Source: a virus
Lineage: Duplodnaviria > Caudoviricetes
Direction: 5' to 3' (one strand)
DNA: 62,835 nucleotides
Virus record (IMG/VR): IMGVR_UViG_3300032282_004527
Span: 1 to 62,835 of that record
Shown piece by piece: positions 10,593 through 18,514 of this stretch. The first letter of the stretch is position 1; each line of letters starts with the position of its first letter. The notes beneath the pieces are model-generated. The model made no database searches and was not told where the DNA came from. It worked only from the letters and a program-made list of their open reading frames with translations. The position numbers and the translations under genes were made by a program.

Positions 10593-10912
10593 TAGGAGCC
10601 CTCTGACTCGGGTAGTAGGCTGACCACATTAGGGTCATACATACTCAAAACATAGCGATGAATTTTTTTCTCTTCTCTGTTGTACACCCATAGTTGGTCT
10701 TTTGGAATTTTTTTCTCTGTCTGAATTATAGACCCTCCAAGCTGAAGAAGTACGTCTTTTGAGGCGCAGCATGGTAGGGAGTCAGAGATGTCGTCCGGAG
10801 ACCGTCCATCTCGCTGCTGGCAGGAGACGTGTACCTGAGACTTTGGGACTACGTATCCAGGCATAGTGTCGGTAACTTGCAACCCGCACAGAACACAGTT
10901 TGAAGAAAACAT
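10592..10912 (-). CDS. Hypothetical Zn-finger protein
   Basis: CVLC...HVSC; TAATG coupling on both sides. Confidence 0.55.
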   Translation of the reverse strand: MFSSNCVLCGLQVTDTMPGYVVPKSQVHVSCQQRDGRSPDDISDSLPCCASKDVLLQLGGSIIQTEKKIPKDQLWVYNREEKKIHRYVLSMYDPNVVSLLPESEGS

Positions 10913-11220
10913 TATCTTCCAAAAGTCCTTTTGTATTCTTGAGTGTCTTCGTCCGAACGAACCGTCCCTATCGCTGTCTTCTTCGCACCCCTCATCTGGG
11001 TTTCTAGGTTTGAATCTCTATAAATACGGGGAGGGTTTCCTGCCTGCATCCTTAAACCGTCAAACAACTGCCGGGCACAATTAACAAACTCCTTTTTGCA
11101 CACTGCGCACAAACGAAACTCTTCGTCAGCAATGTAGATTAGAGACAGGTCTCTAATCGGTACTTTGACTTCTTTGAGGCATACCTCACATCTCCGGAGG
11201 TCGTTTTCTTTATGATACAT
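10912..11220 (-). CDS. Hypothetical Zn-finger protein
   Basis: CEVC...CAVC; AAGGA RBS. Confidence 0.6.
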   Translation of the reverse strand: MYHKENDLRRCEVCLKEVKVPIRDLSLIYIADEEFRLCAVCKKEFVNCARQLFDGLRMQAGNPPRIYRDSNLETQMRGAKKTAIGTVRSDEDTQEYKRTFGR

Positions 11221-11435
11221 TTATTTCCTTCAACTTGCTTTAAGATAGAGGCTCGCTTCTTTAATATTTTTCTAGCCTCGTCTTGATTCCCCATCACTAA
11301 AAAATACCTAGCCCACTCGACGCATAGCGAACAAAATTCTACTAGCTCTTTACTGGACCATTCGTGACCAGACTGCCACCTCTTTAAAAGCCTCCAAACC
11401 TTATCGGGGTCTGGATGGTGGAAAGAAAAAGGCAC
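11139..11435 (-). CDS. Hypothetical protein
   Basis: 98-aa ORF filling the operon gap, coupled to the upstream stop. Confidence 0.45.
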   Translation of the reverse strand: MPFSFHHPDPDKVWRLLKRWQSGHEWSSKELVEFCSLCVEWARYFLVMGNQDEARKILKKRASILKQVEGNKCIIKKTTSGDVRYASKKSKYRLETCL

Positions 11436-12106
11436 TACTTCTTTCTTCCTCTTCTAGGCTTTGTGGCCTCTGCCTCCGCTACAACCATTGCCGGAGGGAG
11501 GAGATCTTCCAGTACGACCTGCGGGCCGTTATCGATCTCGAGTGTGCCGGGGGTGCCGACAATCTCAAGGCCATCAATCTCCTCGTCATCATCCTCTTCC
11601 TCGTCTTCTTCCTCGATGTCAGAATCTTCTGGCACAACTGGCTCCTCGGCAACTACGTCTTCTTCACTAATAGGTCTTGTTTTAGGGGCGGGTGCTGGGA
11701 AAAGCTCTAGTGAAATTCCTTCAACAACAGCCTTTGCACCTTTTTCAAGGTCTACAGATTTGTTTTGTGTTTTTGTTTTATGCGCCTGGTCTAGTAGCTG
11801 CGGGAGTAGGGATACAGCAGCTAAGAGCACCCCCTCAGGAACTTGCGTCCAATGTGGGAATTCCCCCGGTCCGAAGTCGTGAACACACAACCCTACCCCC
11901 GGCTGCCAGGTAACTACCTTCTGCGTACCTCTCCCGCCCTGTGCAGATACCGTAACCTTAGTCTCCTTCAGGGATTTTTCTGTGTCCTTGTACTGCTTCT
12001 TTACTGACTCATAGAGGTTGTCAGGGGCCGTGATCCTGTTCTTGGACGAACCCCTTGCAGATTTTTGTGCAAGTATCTGAATTACGAGCGCATCTTTCTT
12101 GTCCAT
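11435..12106 (-). CDS. Hypothetical protein with acidic C-terminal tract
   Basis: GGAGG RBS before ATG 12106 (MDKKD...). Confidence 0.65.
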   Translation of the reverse strand: MDKKDALVIQILAQKSARGSSKNRITAPDNLYESVKKQYKDTEKSLKETKVTVSAQGGRGTQKVVTWQPGVGLCVHDFGPGEFPHWTQVPEGVLLAAVSLLPQLLDQAHKTKTQNKSVDLEKGAKAVVEGISLELFPAPAPKTRPISEEDVVAEEPVVPEDSDIEEEDEEEDDDEEIDGLEIVGTPGTLEIDNGPQVVLEDLLPPAMVVAEAEATKPRRGRKK

Positions 12107-12150
12107 ACGTCCTCCACGAACTATGTGTATCACAAATGTATTCGCATGTC

Positions 12151-12182
12151 AAAACAAAAAAGGCCCCCTTTTCAGAGGGCCT
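12151..12182 (-). terminator. Intrinsic terminator
   Basis: Minus strand AGGCCCTCT-GAAA-AGGGGGCCT followed by TTTTTGTTTT, just after the 12188 stop. Confidence 0.8.
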
Positions 12183-12187
12183 AGTGT

Positions 12188-12451
12188 TTACTCGTTTTCA
12201 AGTAGAACTTCCATCAAAGTCTTTTCTTTTTTCTTCACCTTATCTAACGGGTTGGTCTCCCTAAAAAATTCAATAGCTCTTCTAATTACTTCCGACGTAG
12301 AGATATCTATCTTCCTACCGTAGTTTTGAAGATATTCATGCTGGTCTACATAAAGAGTTAGAAGAAGCTTTGTGCTTTTAGGGGCCCGTATTTTTACGCA
12401 AACGGCGCAAGAGCATGCTTTCAAATGGTTCGCTGGTCTCGAAGAAGGCAT
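12188..12451 (-). CDS. Zn-knuckle plus ribbon-helix-helix protein
   Basis: HLKACSCAVC, then LLLTL...ISTSEVIRRAIEFF RHH. Confidence 0.65.
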   Translation of the reverse strand: MPSSRPANHLKACSCAVCVKIRAPKSTKLLLTLYVDQHEYLQNYGRKIDISTSEVIRRAIEFFRETNPLDKVKKKEKTLMEVLLENE

Positions 12452-12509
12452 CTACAAACTCCTATACACCCTTTACGTATATTCTATGAAAAAACCTCAT
12501 AATTGTCTA

Positions 12510-12767
12510 CTATGTGTATTTGCACCCGCACCCGTCCTGCGGACGGTCTTGGTCCGATTCCTGAATCGTGTCCGACTGGAGAGAGGGTGGGTGTACGAGG
12601 TTTTCGAGGAAAGATGAAAAATTATCCATCTTTAATTTCCTTCTAGCCTCAAACTCTTCGCCCCTCGTCGCCATCGTCTCGAGCACGCTTTGTAGCATGT
12701 TTATCTGGCTTGTAAGTTTATCAATCTTCTCTTTGTATTTCCTACAAGGCGCTTTACAATCACTCAT
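12510..12767 (-). CDS. Hypothetical coiled-coil protein
   Basis: 85-aa ORF directly after the amidase. Confidence 0.55.
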   Translation of the reverse strand: MSDCKAPCRKYKEKIDKLTSQINMLQSVLETMATRGEEFEARRKLKMDNFSSFLENLVHPPSLQSDTIQESDQDRPQDGCGCKYT

Positions 12768-12770
12768 CGT

Positions 12771-13661
12771 CTACTTCCCCCAGTACTTATAGGTTGCGTC
12801 TTGTACCCTAAGGATTGCCTCACCCCGCACCCAATCCGTGAGTGGGACTAAGTCACCCTTAGGCTCTAGGACTTTTTTCCCGTTCGGTGCTTCTAGCTTG
12901 AGCGTCTTCTTGTTTACCCAGACGTGTAAGTCCCAACGCTCCCACATGCCACTTAACGGCCCATAAGGGGCCGCATCGCTACCCGAGAGCCTCGGAGTAT
13001 CATAGGGCGGCTCAGGGCCCAAATCTACGTTATCTGCAGCCTCTGCGTGACTCATGAAGTTCCCTACCGGTATCCGCAGGTTGCAGCAGATCTCCGCAAC
13101 GTCCTTCGCAAACCGTCGGAGCTGATCAGGCGTAGCCTGCTCATCCCCTAAATCTGACGTCGTAGCGTAATGAAAACCCGCCAAGCATATAGCACACGAC
13201 CCTGAATTTCTTCCAAACGTGTGGTGATACATATCTACTGCACACGATTCGTTACTCAAAGACATAACCGCGTTATCCCGAACTAACACCATCTTATGAT
13301 AGTCTGAAAAATTTACACCTCTAGGACCCGCACTCCAGTGCCCATAGATCATCCTGTTGTTTGTAAATTCCTTCAAATACCACTTAAGGAACTTTGGGTC
13401 GCACTTTTTTTTGTATTCCGGTAGTAATTGTAGTCCGCCGTACATGTAGCTTACTCCTTTTTGACACCCCCCTTCTTTAACGTGGGTAGTGTCCTTGTAC
13501 TGCCTAATTGTACTTTCTTTCCAATCTTTGTCTAGTTTGTCTAGTAATTCCATGACTTTCTTAGCTATTTCTTTGTTTCTTGTTTTTTCTTCTGGCGTCA
13601 TAGCTCTGCCCCCCCTACACCCTGAGGGTTCTCGATAGTCCTTTGTTTTTCCTCTTGGCAT
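12771..13661 (-). CDS. N-acetylmuramoyl-L-alanine amidase (Amidase_2-like endolysin)
   Basis: IYGHWSAG, YH, HTFGRNSG, TPDQL, MSHAEAAD and RWDL Zn-amidase motifs. Confidence 0.8.
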   Translation of the reverse strand: MPRGKTKDYREPSGCRGGRAMTPEEKTRNKEIAKKVMELLDKLDKDWKESTIRQYKDTTHVKEGGCQKGVSYMYGGLQLLPEYKKKCDPKFLKWYLKEFTNNRMIYGHWSAGPRGVNFSDYHKMVLVRDNAVMSLSNESCAVDMYHHTFGRNSGSCAICLAGFHYATTSDLGDEQATPDQLRRFAKDVAEICCNLRIPVGNFMSHAEAADNVDLGPEPPYDTPRLSGSDAAPYGPLSGMWERWDLHVWVNKKTLKLEAPNGKKVLEPKGDLVPLTDWVRGEAILRVQDATYKYWGK

Positions 13662-13775
13662 ATGCGTGGGTGAAAAAACGTAAAATGCCGTGGGGCCTCA
13701 TCTATAACACACGACGTATCGTAGTACCTACGTTACGGGCCCGGGGGGGCTCCGCCCTCTACATACGCTTGTACT

Positions 13776-13984
13776 GAGTGGTTGCGTCTCGTCCCCCGCA
13801 TTCGCGAGGGGGACGGAGACGCAACCCTCTCGCGGGCCCTCCCAGGTACCCACGCTTGTACTAGTACATACCGTCTACGGGGTGCGTACTAGGGCATACC
13901 GGGTACTTTTTTGGGAGTGGTTGCGTCTCGTCCCCCGCATTCGCGAGGGGGACGGAGACGCAACCCTCTCGCGGGCCCTCCCAG
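13776..13984. repeat. Two identical 70-bp direct repeats (13776-13845 and 13915-13984), each a long hairpin with a CCCCCGCATTCGCGAGGGGG apex
   Basis: GGTTGCGTCTC-GTCCCCC...GGGGGAC-G-GAGACGCAACC seen twice, 139 bp apart. Confidence 0.95.
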
Positions 13985-14191
13985 TGCACACGCTTGTACT
14001 AAGCGATACGTGCAGCGCTGGCGCGTGGGAGGGGCGGCCAGCCGATGCACGGCTCTCTGCAGAGCACGGGCTGCATCGCTGCGCGCCATCCCGCACCGCA
14101 TGCTCCCCCTACGGGCTCCACGGGGGGGTGGACTAAGTCGACGGGCGCCACCGCCCATCCTCGCGGCAACGCGAACCGGGTGGCTGGCACT

Positions 14192-14228
14192 TTCCGTTCG
14201 GAACGTTCCGTTCGAAACGTTCCGTCGA
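14192..14228. repeat. 14-bp tandem repeat TTCCGTTCGRAACG, about 2.5 copies
   Basis: Seen directly, ~40 bp upstream of the first early gene. Confidence 0.8.
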
Positions 14229-14269
14229 CTCTGTCCGACTTACGTCCGAAAAAAAAGAGAGGTAGTCAC

Positions 14270-14578
14270 ATGTACTACGTGACCTACATGCTGTGGGAGG
14301 GCGCTGTCGAAGGGCAGCAGCCACTCCCCGCAGGTCTCGGCGAGGCTGCCGCAGTAGCCTACGTCGAGACAAACTTCCCCCTTCTGGGGCCGTACCGCAA
14401 GGTGTGGCTCCATGAAGGAGACGGAGCAGGTCGGACCTTCGGGTTCCACCTGTGTCGTGAAGCCCAGCGCTGGGTGCCTGCGGGCGTCCCAGAGTGCTGG
14501 GTGAGGTGCTGGTCCTGCAGCGACCAGCAAGAGGCCTTCGAGGCAGCCGAGGAGGAGGCCTGCAGCAGAGGGCTGTAG
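14270..14578 (+). CDS. Hypothetical early protein
   Basis: GAGAGG RBS, ATG 14270 (MYYVTY...), C-terminal CWSC. Confidence 0.7.
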   Translation: MYYVTYMLWEGAVEGQQPLPAGLGEAAAVAYVETNFPLLGPYRKVWLHEGDGAGRTFGFHLCREAQRWVPAGVPECWVRCWSCSDQQEAFEAAEEEACSRGL

Positions 14579-14589
14579 GTCTCTTCTTC

Positions 14590-14616
14590 CGCCCTGAGCA
14601 TGGCGTTAAACTGCTC
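14590..14616 (+). other. Pseudoknot-like repeat family PK-A, copy 1
   Basis: CGCC-CT-GAGCA-T-GGCG-TTAAAC-TGCTC. Confidence 0.7.
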
Positions 14617-14687
14617 CCGACTAGGCGGCTCCTAGACTAGCGAGGTAACGCAACTAGCCTCGCAGCCTTCAGAAAGGAGGAACAAGG

Positions 14688-15125
14688 TTGCTAAAAACGA
14701 CCAACCGGCGTAACCCGTCGGTGGCGGCGGTCGAGCAGGAATTCACACGCCTGCCTCACCCCGACATCGACGGGGCCGAGGTTCTGCGGATCGACATCGG
14801 TCGGCCGCAAACCCTCGGCAACCCCTTCACCAGCAAGCCCTCACGCTTGGGCGCTTGGGTGAAGCGAGGAGTCCGGTTTGACGTGGTTACAGTGCGCACC
14901 GCACAGGAGGCCGTGGAAAAATTCCACGGGCATCTACGTGCGCACTGGACCCAGCAGACGGCCGTCCGTCGTATCCTGGAGCGCATCGCAGACTTCTGCG
15001 AGGCGAACCAGGACAACGAGGTCGAGTTCGTGTGCTGGTGTCACCCGGCCCCCTGCCACGGGCACGTGCTCGAGTACGCCATCAAGGGCATACTCAATGC
15101 GCGCCGGCAGCGGGAGCGGGACTAA
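14688..15125 (+). CDS. DUF4326-domain protein
   Basis: IGRP...GNPF and CWCHPAPCHGHVL signature; strong AGAAAGGAGG RBS. Confidence 0.85.
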   Translation: MLKTTNRRNPSVAAVEQEFTRLPHPDIDGAEVLRIDIGRPQTLGNPFTSKPSRLGAWVKRGVRFDVVTVRTAQEAVEKFHGHLRAHWTQQTAVRRILERIADFCEANQDNEVEFVCWCHPAPCHGHVLEYAIKGILNARRQRERD

Positions 15126-15176
15126 CCACGCGCCGGCCGTCCAAGGACTCTGTTGCAGGTCCCGCCCCCCCTCTTG

Positions 15177-15203
15177 CGTCCTAAGCATGACGTTAAACTG
15201 CTT
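15177..15203 (+). other. PK-A copy 2
   Basis: CGTC-CT-AAGCA-T-GACG-TTAAAC-TGCTT. Confidence 0.7.
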
Positions 15204-15236
15204 AGCACACGCTTGCGTGTGTTTTACCTTGGGGGT

Positions 15237-15287
15237 TGCACCCCCTCCTCGACCCCCCGCATTCGCGAGGGGGGTCGAGGAGGCGGT
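15237..15287. repeat. Long hairpin with CCCCCGCATTCGCGAGGGGG apex, copy 3
   Basis: CCTCCTCGACCCCCC...GGGGGGTCGAGGAGG stem. Confidence 0.85.
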
Positions 15288-15345
15288 CCGAATCGCCTGA
15301 CCACCCATGCGCCCTTCGCACAAGCAAGGGCAGAAAGGAAAAAGC

Positions 15346-15504
15346 ATGAGCGTCTACGAGACCGACCTCACCTGCGACGGCTGCGGCGCAAGTGAGAGCC
15401 CCTGCCAAATCGACTGCCCTTCCGGGGGCCTCGATCCGGCCGACCTCCTCCTACACGACCTTCGGGTCGTGTGGGGGGAGATCTCCAGCCTGCGCTGCAA
15501 CTAA
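15346..15504 (+). CDS. Small Cys-containing hypothetical protein
   Basis: CAGAAAGGAA RBS, ATG 15346, CDGC...C...C. Confidence 0.6.
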   Translation: MSVYETDLTCDGCGASESPCQIDCPSGGLDPADLLLHDLRVVWGEISSLRCN

Positions 15505-15635
15505 GCCCAGGCTGGAGACGGGGTTGGGGGACCCCGATAACAAAACCCCCTGCTCCCCCTACTCGCACCATCTCTTCAACCCTCCGCTTCGCTGAGGAGG
15601 GTTGAAGAGACGATGCGAGTCGTCTACACCCGGCC

Positions 15636-15723
15636 GCCTCTCCGTGGGCTTCATACACGGCTGCGGGCGAGGACCCCGTCAACATCCTCAAGCATCCGCC
15701 TACCCGTGGGCATCGTACACGGG
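15636..15723 (+). other. Pseudoknot-like repeat family PK-B, copies 1-2 (15636-15660 and 15698-15723)
   Basis: GCC-TN-YCCGT-G-GGC-N4-TAC-ACGG. Confidence 0.6.
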
Positions 15724-15740
15724 AAGAGAGGAGTGCAGCC

Positions 15741-16067
15741 ATGCGCTACACATTCCCTATGCAAACACTGAAGAGCCTCGACCAACTGGTCGAGAGCCTG
15801 CAAGCAGACTCGGAGGCCGCATGCCTCCTGGACTGCGAACCAAACGGGCACGAGTGTGAGAGCAACCGCTCTCACGCTCAGACAATGAAAGAGGTGGTAG
15901 ACGCGGCTCACCGCGCCACCACTATAGCCGAGGCAATCGAGGTCGCGCGCGACCTCGGATTCTATAACATCCAGGGGTATCGCATGATACCCTTGGAAAT
16001 CATCCAGGCAGCGGTGGCAGCCGCAGCCTCGGAAGACCTAGAGACGGGCGACGAGCCCGCTCTCTAG
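15741..16067 (+). CDS. Hypothetical early protein
   Basis: GAGGAG RBS; 108 aa. Confidence 0.7.
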   Translation: MRYTFPMQTLKSLDQLVESLQADSEAACLLDCEPNGHECESNRSHAQTMKEVVDAAHRATTIAEAIEVARDLGFYNIQGYRMIPLEIIQAAVAAAASEDLETGDEPAL

Positions 16068-16073
16068 GCAAAG

Positions 16074-16100
16074 CGTCCTGAGCACGACGTTAAACTGCTC
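16074..16100 (+). other. PK-A copy 3
   Basis: CGTC-CT-GAGCA-C-GACG-TTAAAC-TGCTC, 6 nt after a stop codon. Confidence 0.7.
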
Positions 16101-16175
16101 GGGGGTTGGCATACCTCCTCGCTAGGGTTGAGCCTCGCTCCCCTAACCAGGAGGTCTGCCAAAAAAACCGGGGCA

Positions 16176-16366
16176 GCGCCTGCCGGCGACTGCCTGTGGC
16201 CTACCGGGCCGCAAGGAGACGGCGCCTGCCGGCGCACTGCCTGTGGTCTACCGGGCCGCAGGGAGACGGCGCCTGCCGGCGCCTGCCTGTGGTCTACCGG
16301 GCCGCAGGGAGACGGCGCCTGCCGGCGCCTGCCGACGCTCTGCCTGTGGCCTACGAGACCACAGAG
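16176..16366. repeat. 46-47-bp GC-rich tandem repeat, 3 full units plus partials
   Basis: CTGCCTGTGGYCTACCGGGCCGCARGGAGACGGCGCCTGCCGGCGC at 16190, 16237 and 16283; partial at 16340. Confidence 0.95.
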
Positions 16367-16422
16367 GGGGTGAAGAAGTAGGTCGGCCTAAGTCTGTAGC
16401 CCTAAAAAAACCAGAGGAGGAA

Positions 16423-16566
16423 ATGGCCTACATGGAAATAGACCAGGAACTAATCGAAATGTGGACGGGACTTACTACCCGCCCCGCCCGCGTACTAATG
16501 CCGGCAACAATCATCGCTGCCGGAAGCGTAGCAATATGGCTGGTAGTTATGGCGTTCGCACCATAA
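16423..16566 (+). CDS. Small membrane protein
   Basis: GAGGAGG RBS; C-terminal hydrophobic helix. Confidence 0.6.
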   Translation: MAYMEIDQELIEMWTGLTTRPARVLMPATIIAAGSVAIWLVVMAFAP

Positions 16567-16582
16567 CTACTAAAAAGGGGGA

Positions 16583-16636
16583 TGCACCCCCTCCTCGACC
16601 CCCCGCATTCGCGAGGGGGGTCGAGGAGGCGGTGCA
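16583..16636. repeat. Long hairpin with CCCCCGCATTCGCGAGGGGG apex, copy 4
   Basis: Near-identical to the 15237 copy. Confidence 0.85.
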
Positions 16637-16656
16637 AATCGCCTGGCCGACCATCT

Positions 16657-16683
16657 GCCTACCTGCGGGCATCGTACACAGGT
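16657..16683 (+). other. PK-B copy 3
   Basis: GCC-T-ACCTGC-G-GGC-ATCGTAC-ACAGGT, directly before the RBS of the 16704 gene. Confidence 0.6.
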
Positions 16684-16703
16684 AAACAAGAAAGGAAGAC
16701 AAC

Positions 16704-17105
16704 ATGAACAACGTCAAGGTAGACCCATTCACCGGCGAACAAGCGCCGGAAGAAACCACCCCAACCTCCACCGCGTGGGACATGTTCCCACAGGAAATCA
16801 CCTTCATCACCGTTGTCCGCAAGGACACGGGAACCAAAGTCTGCTACCGAGTCAACCGACAGGGGCTGGACGCCTGGGCGGCGGGGCAAGTAGTCCTATC
16901 CGCACAAGAAAAGTCCGGCCTCTTCAAGGGCCTCGCCTTCCTGCAGGCATCAGGGGCATACCCCTACAAGAACCTGAAGGAAGACAAGACCGGCAGCCGC
17001 CACCACGAGCGACTCGCCGAGGTCTTCGACCGGGTCGTCATGAAGGGCATGACGACCATCACGGTGAACGGGGAAGAAATCCCCTTCGAGTTCATCGTTC
17101 ACTAA
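16704..17105 (+). CDS. Hypothetical early protein
   Basis: AGAAAGGAAG RBS; 133 aa. Confidence 0.75.
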   Translation: MNNVKVDPFTGEQAPEETTPTSTAWDMFPQEITFITVVRKDTGTKVCYRVNRQGLDAWAAGQVVLSAQEKSGLFKGLAFLQASGAYPYKNLKEDKTGSRHHERLAEVFDRVVMKGMTTITVNGEEIPFEFIVH

Positions 17106-17110
17106 ACACA

Positions 17111-17137
17111 CGTCCTGAGCACGACGTAAAACTGCTC
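17111..17137 (+). other. PK-A copy 4
   Basis: CGTC-CT-GAGCA-C-GACG-TAAAAC-TGCTC, 5 nt after a stop codon. Confidence 0.7.
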
Positions 17138-17149
17138 CGGCTTAAACGT

Positions 17150-17250
17150 CTGCCTATGGTCTACCAGACCGCAGGGAGACGGCGCCTGCCGGCGCGCTGC
17201 CTGTGGTCTACCGGGCCGCAGGGAGACGGCGCCTGCCGGCGCACTGCCTG
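17150..17250. repeat. Second cluster of the 47-bp tandem repeat (2 units plus partial)
   Basis: Units start at 17150, 17197 and 17244. Confidence 0.9.
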
Positions 17251-17531
17251 CGTACTCGAAAGAGAAAAAATAAAAATTAAAGCCAAAGACTAAACACACG
17301 GCAACAACACCCAATGCGAATGTAAGTCGCTGGCTTTGACAAATTTTCGATATGAAAAAAAGATAACCCCCTAAAAAACTTAAAGTCAGTAGGCCTAGAA
17401 AAATAAGCAGCCAACCCCCGTTCGCCCGCCCCTTCGGGGCGAGGGCGGGCGAACGGGGGTCGGCGGCTTTTATTTGCCTATGGTCTATCCTTGAACCTAC
17501 CCCATAGCCTAGGTCAATAGAAAGGAACAAC

Positions 17532-17759
17532 ATGGCAGACTCAAAACAATGGTTTGAAGAACTTAAGAAACGAATCGTAACCATCCAAATGACTTACGAA
17601 GATGCTGAAGACCTCGTATATGCATGCAAAGTACTACGGACACAATACCTAAACTGCGGGGCTAAACTTCCCGCTGAACATGCACTCTACATGGCAAGCA
17701 TCATCGAAGACGCACAAGACGTAGTTGAAAAAGAATACAGTAAGGAAGGTAACTGGTAA
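17532..17759 (+). CDS. Hypothetical protein
   Basis: AGAAAGGAACAAC RBS. Confidence 0.7.
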   Translation: MADSKQWFEELKKRIVTIQMTYEDAEDLVYACKVLRTQYLNCGAKLPAEHALYMASIIEDAQDVVEKEYSKEGNW

Positions 17760-17926
17760 TGGAAAAAACACAGTGGACTACTGACGAACTCAGAGAAGAA
17801 TTCGAAGTCGTTGGCTTCATGGCACCATTCGTTGTAGTTGTTAGAAAGTCTGATGGACAAAAAGGGTCAATGGAGTTCGTCCACCACCCTAGAATCTACT
17901 CCAACTTCGTACCGTACAACGCATAG
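17759..17926 (+). CDS. Small hypothetical protein (55 aa, not in the ORF track)
   Basis: MEKTQWTTDELREEFEVVGFMAPFVVVVRKSDGQKGSMEFVHHPRIY...; TAATG coupling and AAGGAAGG RBS. Confidence 0.7.
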   Translation: MEKTQWTTDELREEFEVVGFMAPFVVVVRKSDGQKGSMEFVHHPRIYSNFVPYNA

Positions 17927-17941
17927 GAAGGACAACAAAAT

Positions 17942-18340
17942 ATGCCACAACCACATACGTACTACGTCGTCCGACACTGGACTTCCGGAAAAAACGAGAA
18001 CAAATGCTACACGTGCAACAAGTGGCACCTACGGTACTACGGCGCTGTCCACTGCGCAGGACTCGTCAAGGCACACGTAAATGCTTATTCAGTTGCTAAA
18101 ATTAATCAAGAGGGGGAACTCTTTACAGACATATCCCTCATACACGAAATCCCTTACTTGAAAGAAAAAGCATCAAATAGGCTCAGCGAAAGAACAAAAC
18201 GAAATGAAAAGAAAAAGAATCAACAAGCAGACGAAGCACAACGACGACTTCGCGAAAAAATGAGAAACGACAGGATTGAAGAAATCAAAAACCTGTCCGT
18301 CATCCTCGCTGCTGCTACAGCAATAATCGCTACTATGTAG
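17942..18340 (+). CDS. Hypothetical protein
   Basis: AGGAAGG RBS; CYTC motif. Confidence 0.65.
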   Translation: MPQPHTYYVVRHWTSGKNENKCYTCNKWHLRYYGAVHCAGLVKAHVNAYSVAKINQEGELFTDISLIHEIPYLKEKASNRLSERTKRNEKKKNQQADEAQRRLREKMRNDRIEEIKNLSVILAAATAIIATM

Positions 18341-18356
18341 AAAAGAAAGAAACACT

Positions 18357-18470
18357 ATGGGTGCAATGAAACGACTACTCGAAGCCATACTCATGCCAGA
18401 CAACGACATGAGGCCCATCGACTGCGGATGCGCAACAGAGTTCTTCCTAGGACCTAACTACCGAATCTAA
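18357..18470 (+). CDS. Small hypothetical protein (37 aa)
   Basis: MGAMKRLLEAILM... fills the gap and has a purine-rich leader. Confidence 0.4.
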   Translation: MGAMKRLLEAILMPDNDMRPIDCGCATEFFLGPNYRI

Positions 18471-18472
18471 TC

Positions 18473-18503
18473 AAAGCCTGCCCGTGGGCTTTATACACGG
18501 GCA
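18473..18503 (+). other. PK-B copy 4
   Basis: AAAGCC-TGCCCGT-G-GGCTTT-ATAC-ACGGGCA, between a stop codon and an RBS. Confidence 0.65.
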
Positions 18504-18514
18504 CAAGGACAACA

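Noticed and set aside
13875-14269. Multiple overlapping ORFs in the GC-rich divergent region
   Set aside because: Arg/Ala/Pro-rich translations of repeats without an RBS; typical high-GC spurious ORFs
16106-16381. ORFs spanning the 47-bp tandem repeat
   Set aside because: The period is not a multiple of 3 and the translations simply cycle through frames
16176-17250. CRISPR array
   Set aside because: The units are contiguous near-identical repeats with no unique spacers, and no cas genes are present
17336-17364. Sigma70 promoter starting at TTGACA
   Set aside because: The hexamer at 17-nt spacing is AAAGAT, too weak to call
14590-18503. Assignment of PK-A or PK-B to hammerhead, twister, pistol, HDV-like or preQ1 families
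   Set aside because: The catalytic or ligand-binding consensus cores are not recognisable by eye; left unassigned pending cmscan
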